This document shows, piece after piece, positions 54,342-54,486 of a stretch of DNA of 54,486 nucleotides. The notes under the pieces are model-generated. The model was not told the origin of the DNA. It searched no databases and worked only from the letters and a program-made list of their open reading frames with translations. The number at the start of each line of letters is the position of its first letter. The first letter of the stretch is position 1. Position numbers and translations under genes: made by a program. Source of the stretch: Gemmatimonadota bacterium (GTDB lineage: Bacteria > Gemmatimonadota > Gemmatimonadetes > Longimicrobiales > Gaopeijiaceae); contig JAYZBT010000079.1 of assembly GCA_036338615.1 (NCBI GenBank), positions 1-54,486 on the forward strand, read 5' to 3'.

Positions 54342-54486
54342 TCAAAAGTCTACGCCGAGCGGAAGCGTCACGGTGAAGGACGCGCCGACGCCCAGCTGGC
54401 CCGAGGCGCCGATCGTGCCGCCGTGTAACTCGACGATCTTCTTCGTCGTGGACATGCCCAGGCCCGAGCCCAGGAAGTGGCTACGG
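54342..54486 (-). CDS. sensor histidine kinase, 3' end only (HATPase_c G2 box)
   Basis: Translation RSHFLGSGLGMSTTKKIVELHGGTIGASGQLGVGASFTVTLPLGVDF*. The gene continues beyond the window edge. Confidence 0.7.
   Translation of the reverse strand, partial: RSHFLGSGLGMSTTKKIVELHGGTIGASGQLGVGASFTVTLPLGVDF

Noticed and set aside
1-54486. Search for mobile elements, prophage, tRNA/rRNA genes and CRISPR arrays
   Set aside because: No transposase, integrase or recombinase motifs were seen, and no terminal inverted repeats flank the gene remnants. No spacer is long enough, or of the right shape, for a tRNA or rRNA, and there is no repeat-spacer array. This was a visual inspection only, so tRNAscan-SE, Infernal or ISEScan would be needed for certainty.

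Overview
This is a GC-rich bacterial chromosomal segment with strong third-codon-position GC bias. Gene content resembles Gemmatimonadota-type genomes: many lipoproteins, secreted Zn-peptidases and an ADOP/FtsX-type permease remnant. That taxonomic guess is inference only. I can support about 55 protein-coding genes, mostly on the minus strand in long co-directional operons with ATGA/GTGA stop-start overlaps. The ORF track uses ATG/GTG/TTG starts and the longest ORF, so several calls were trimmed to internal starts that abut the upstream gene's stop.

Recognisable blocks:
- thiolase, DUF1499, a beta-lactamase-fold hydrolase, and an ADH plus FAD oxidoreductase pair
- the Fe-S assembly operon sufC-sufB-sufD-Rieske-sufS-sufU, followed by ogt
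- an M6 metalloprotease operon and a Spy/CpxP-like gene
- lutABC, cyclophilin, an APC permease and a split TPP decarboxylase in one operon
- fatty acid desaturase, a penicillin/AHL-acylase-family gene and a large Zn metalloprotease
- an ankyrin plus Zn-ribbon gene pair, GrpB, ilvD and a Big_2-FGase lipoprotein
- a ten-gene envelope cluster led by an ECF sigma/anti-sigma pair
- class V aminotransferase, amidohydrolase, an alpha/beta hydrolase and the 3' end of a histidine kinase

I saw no rRNA, tRNA, CRISPR, transposase, integrase or phage genes.

Most interesting observations:
1. A single 775-aa ORF fuses a receiver-like domain and an AraC HTH, through one TM segment, to a complete PBP4/DacB domain. 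It is a candidate membrane-tethered cell-wall or beta-lactam-sensing transcription factor, and it sits inside the ECF-led envelope cluster.
2. A perfect 20-bp tandem duplication frameshifts a large polytopic membrane protein at the head of the lut operon.
3. lutABC is co-operonic with a ComDE-like split TPP decarboxylase and a permease.
4. The window holds an unusual number of gene remnants at operon boundaries: APH, patatin/FtsX junction, VOC, GrpB and the acetolactate synthase C-terminus.
5. The fatty acid desaturase has a conserved-looking N-terminus with no canonical start codon.

All family assignments come from motif recognition by eye. No database search was run.
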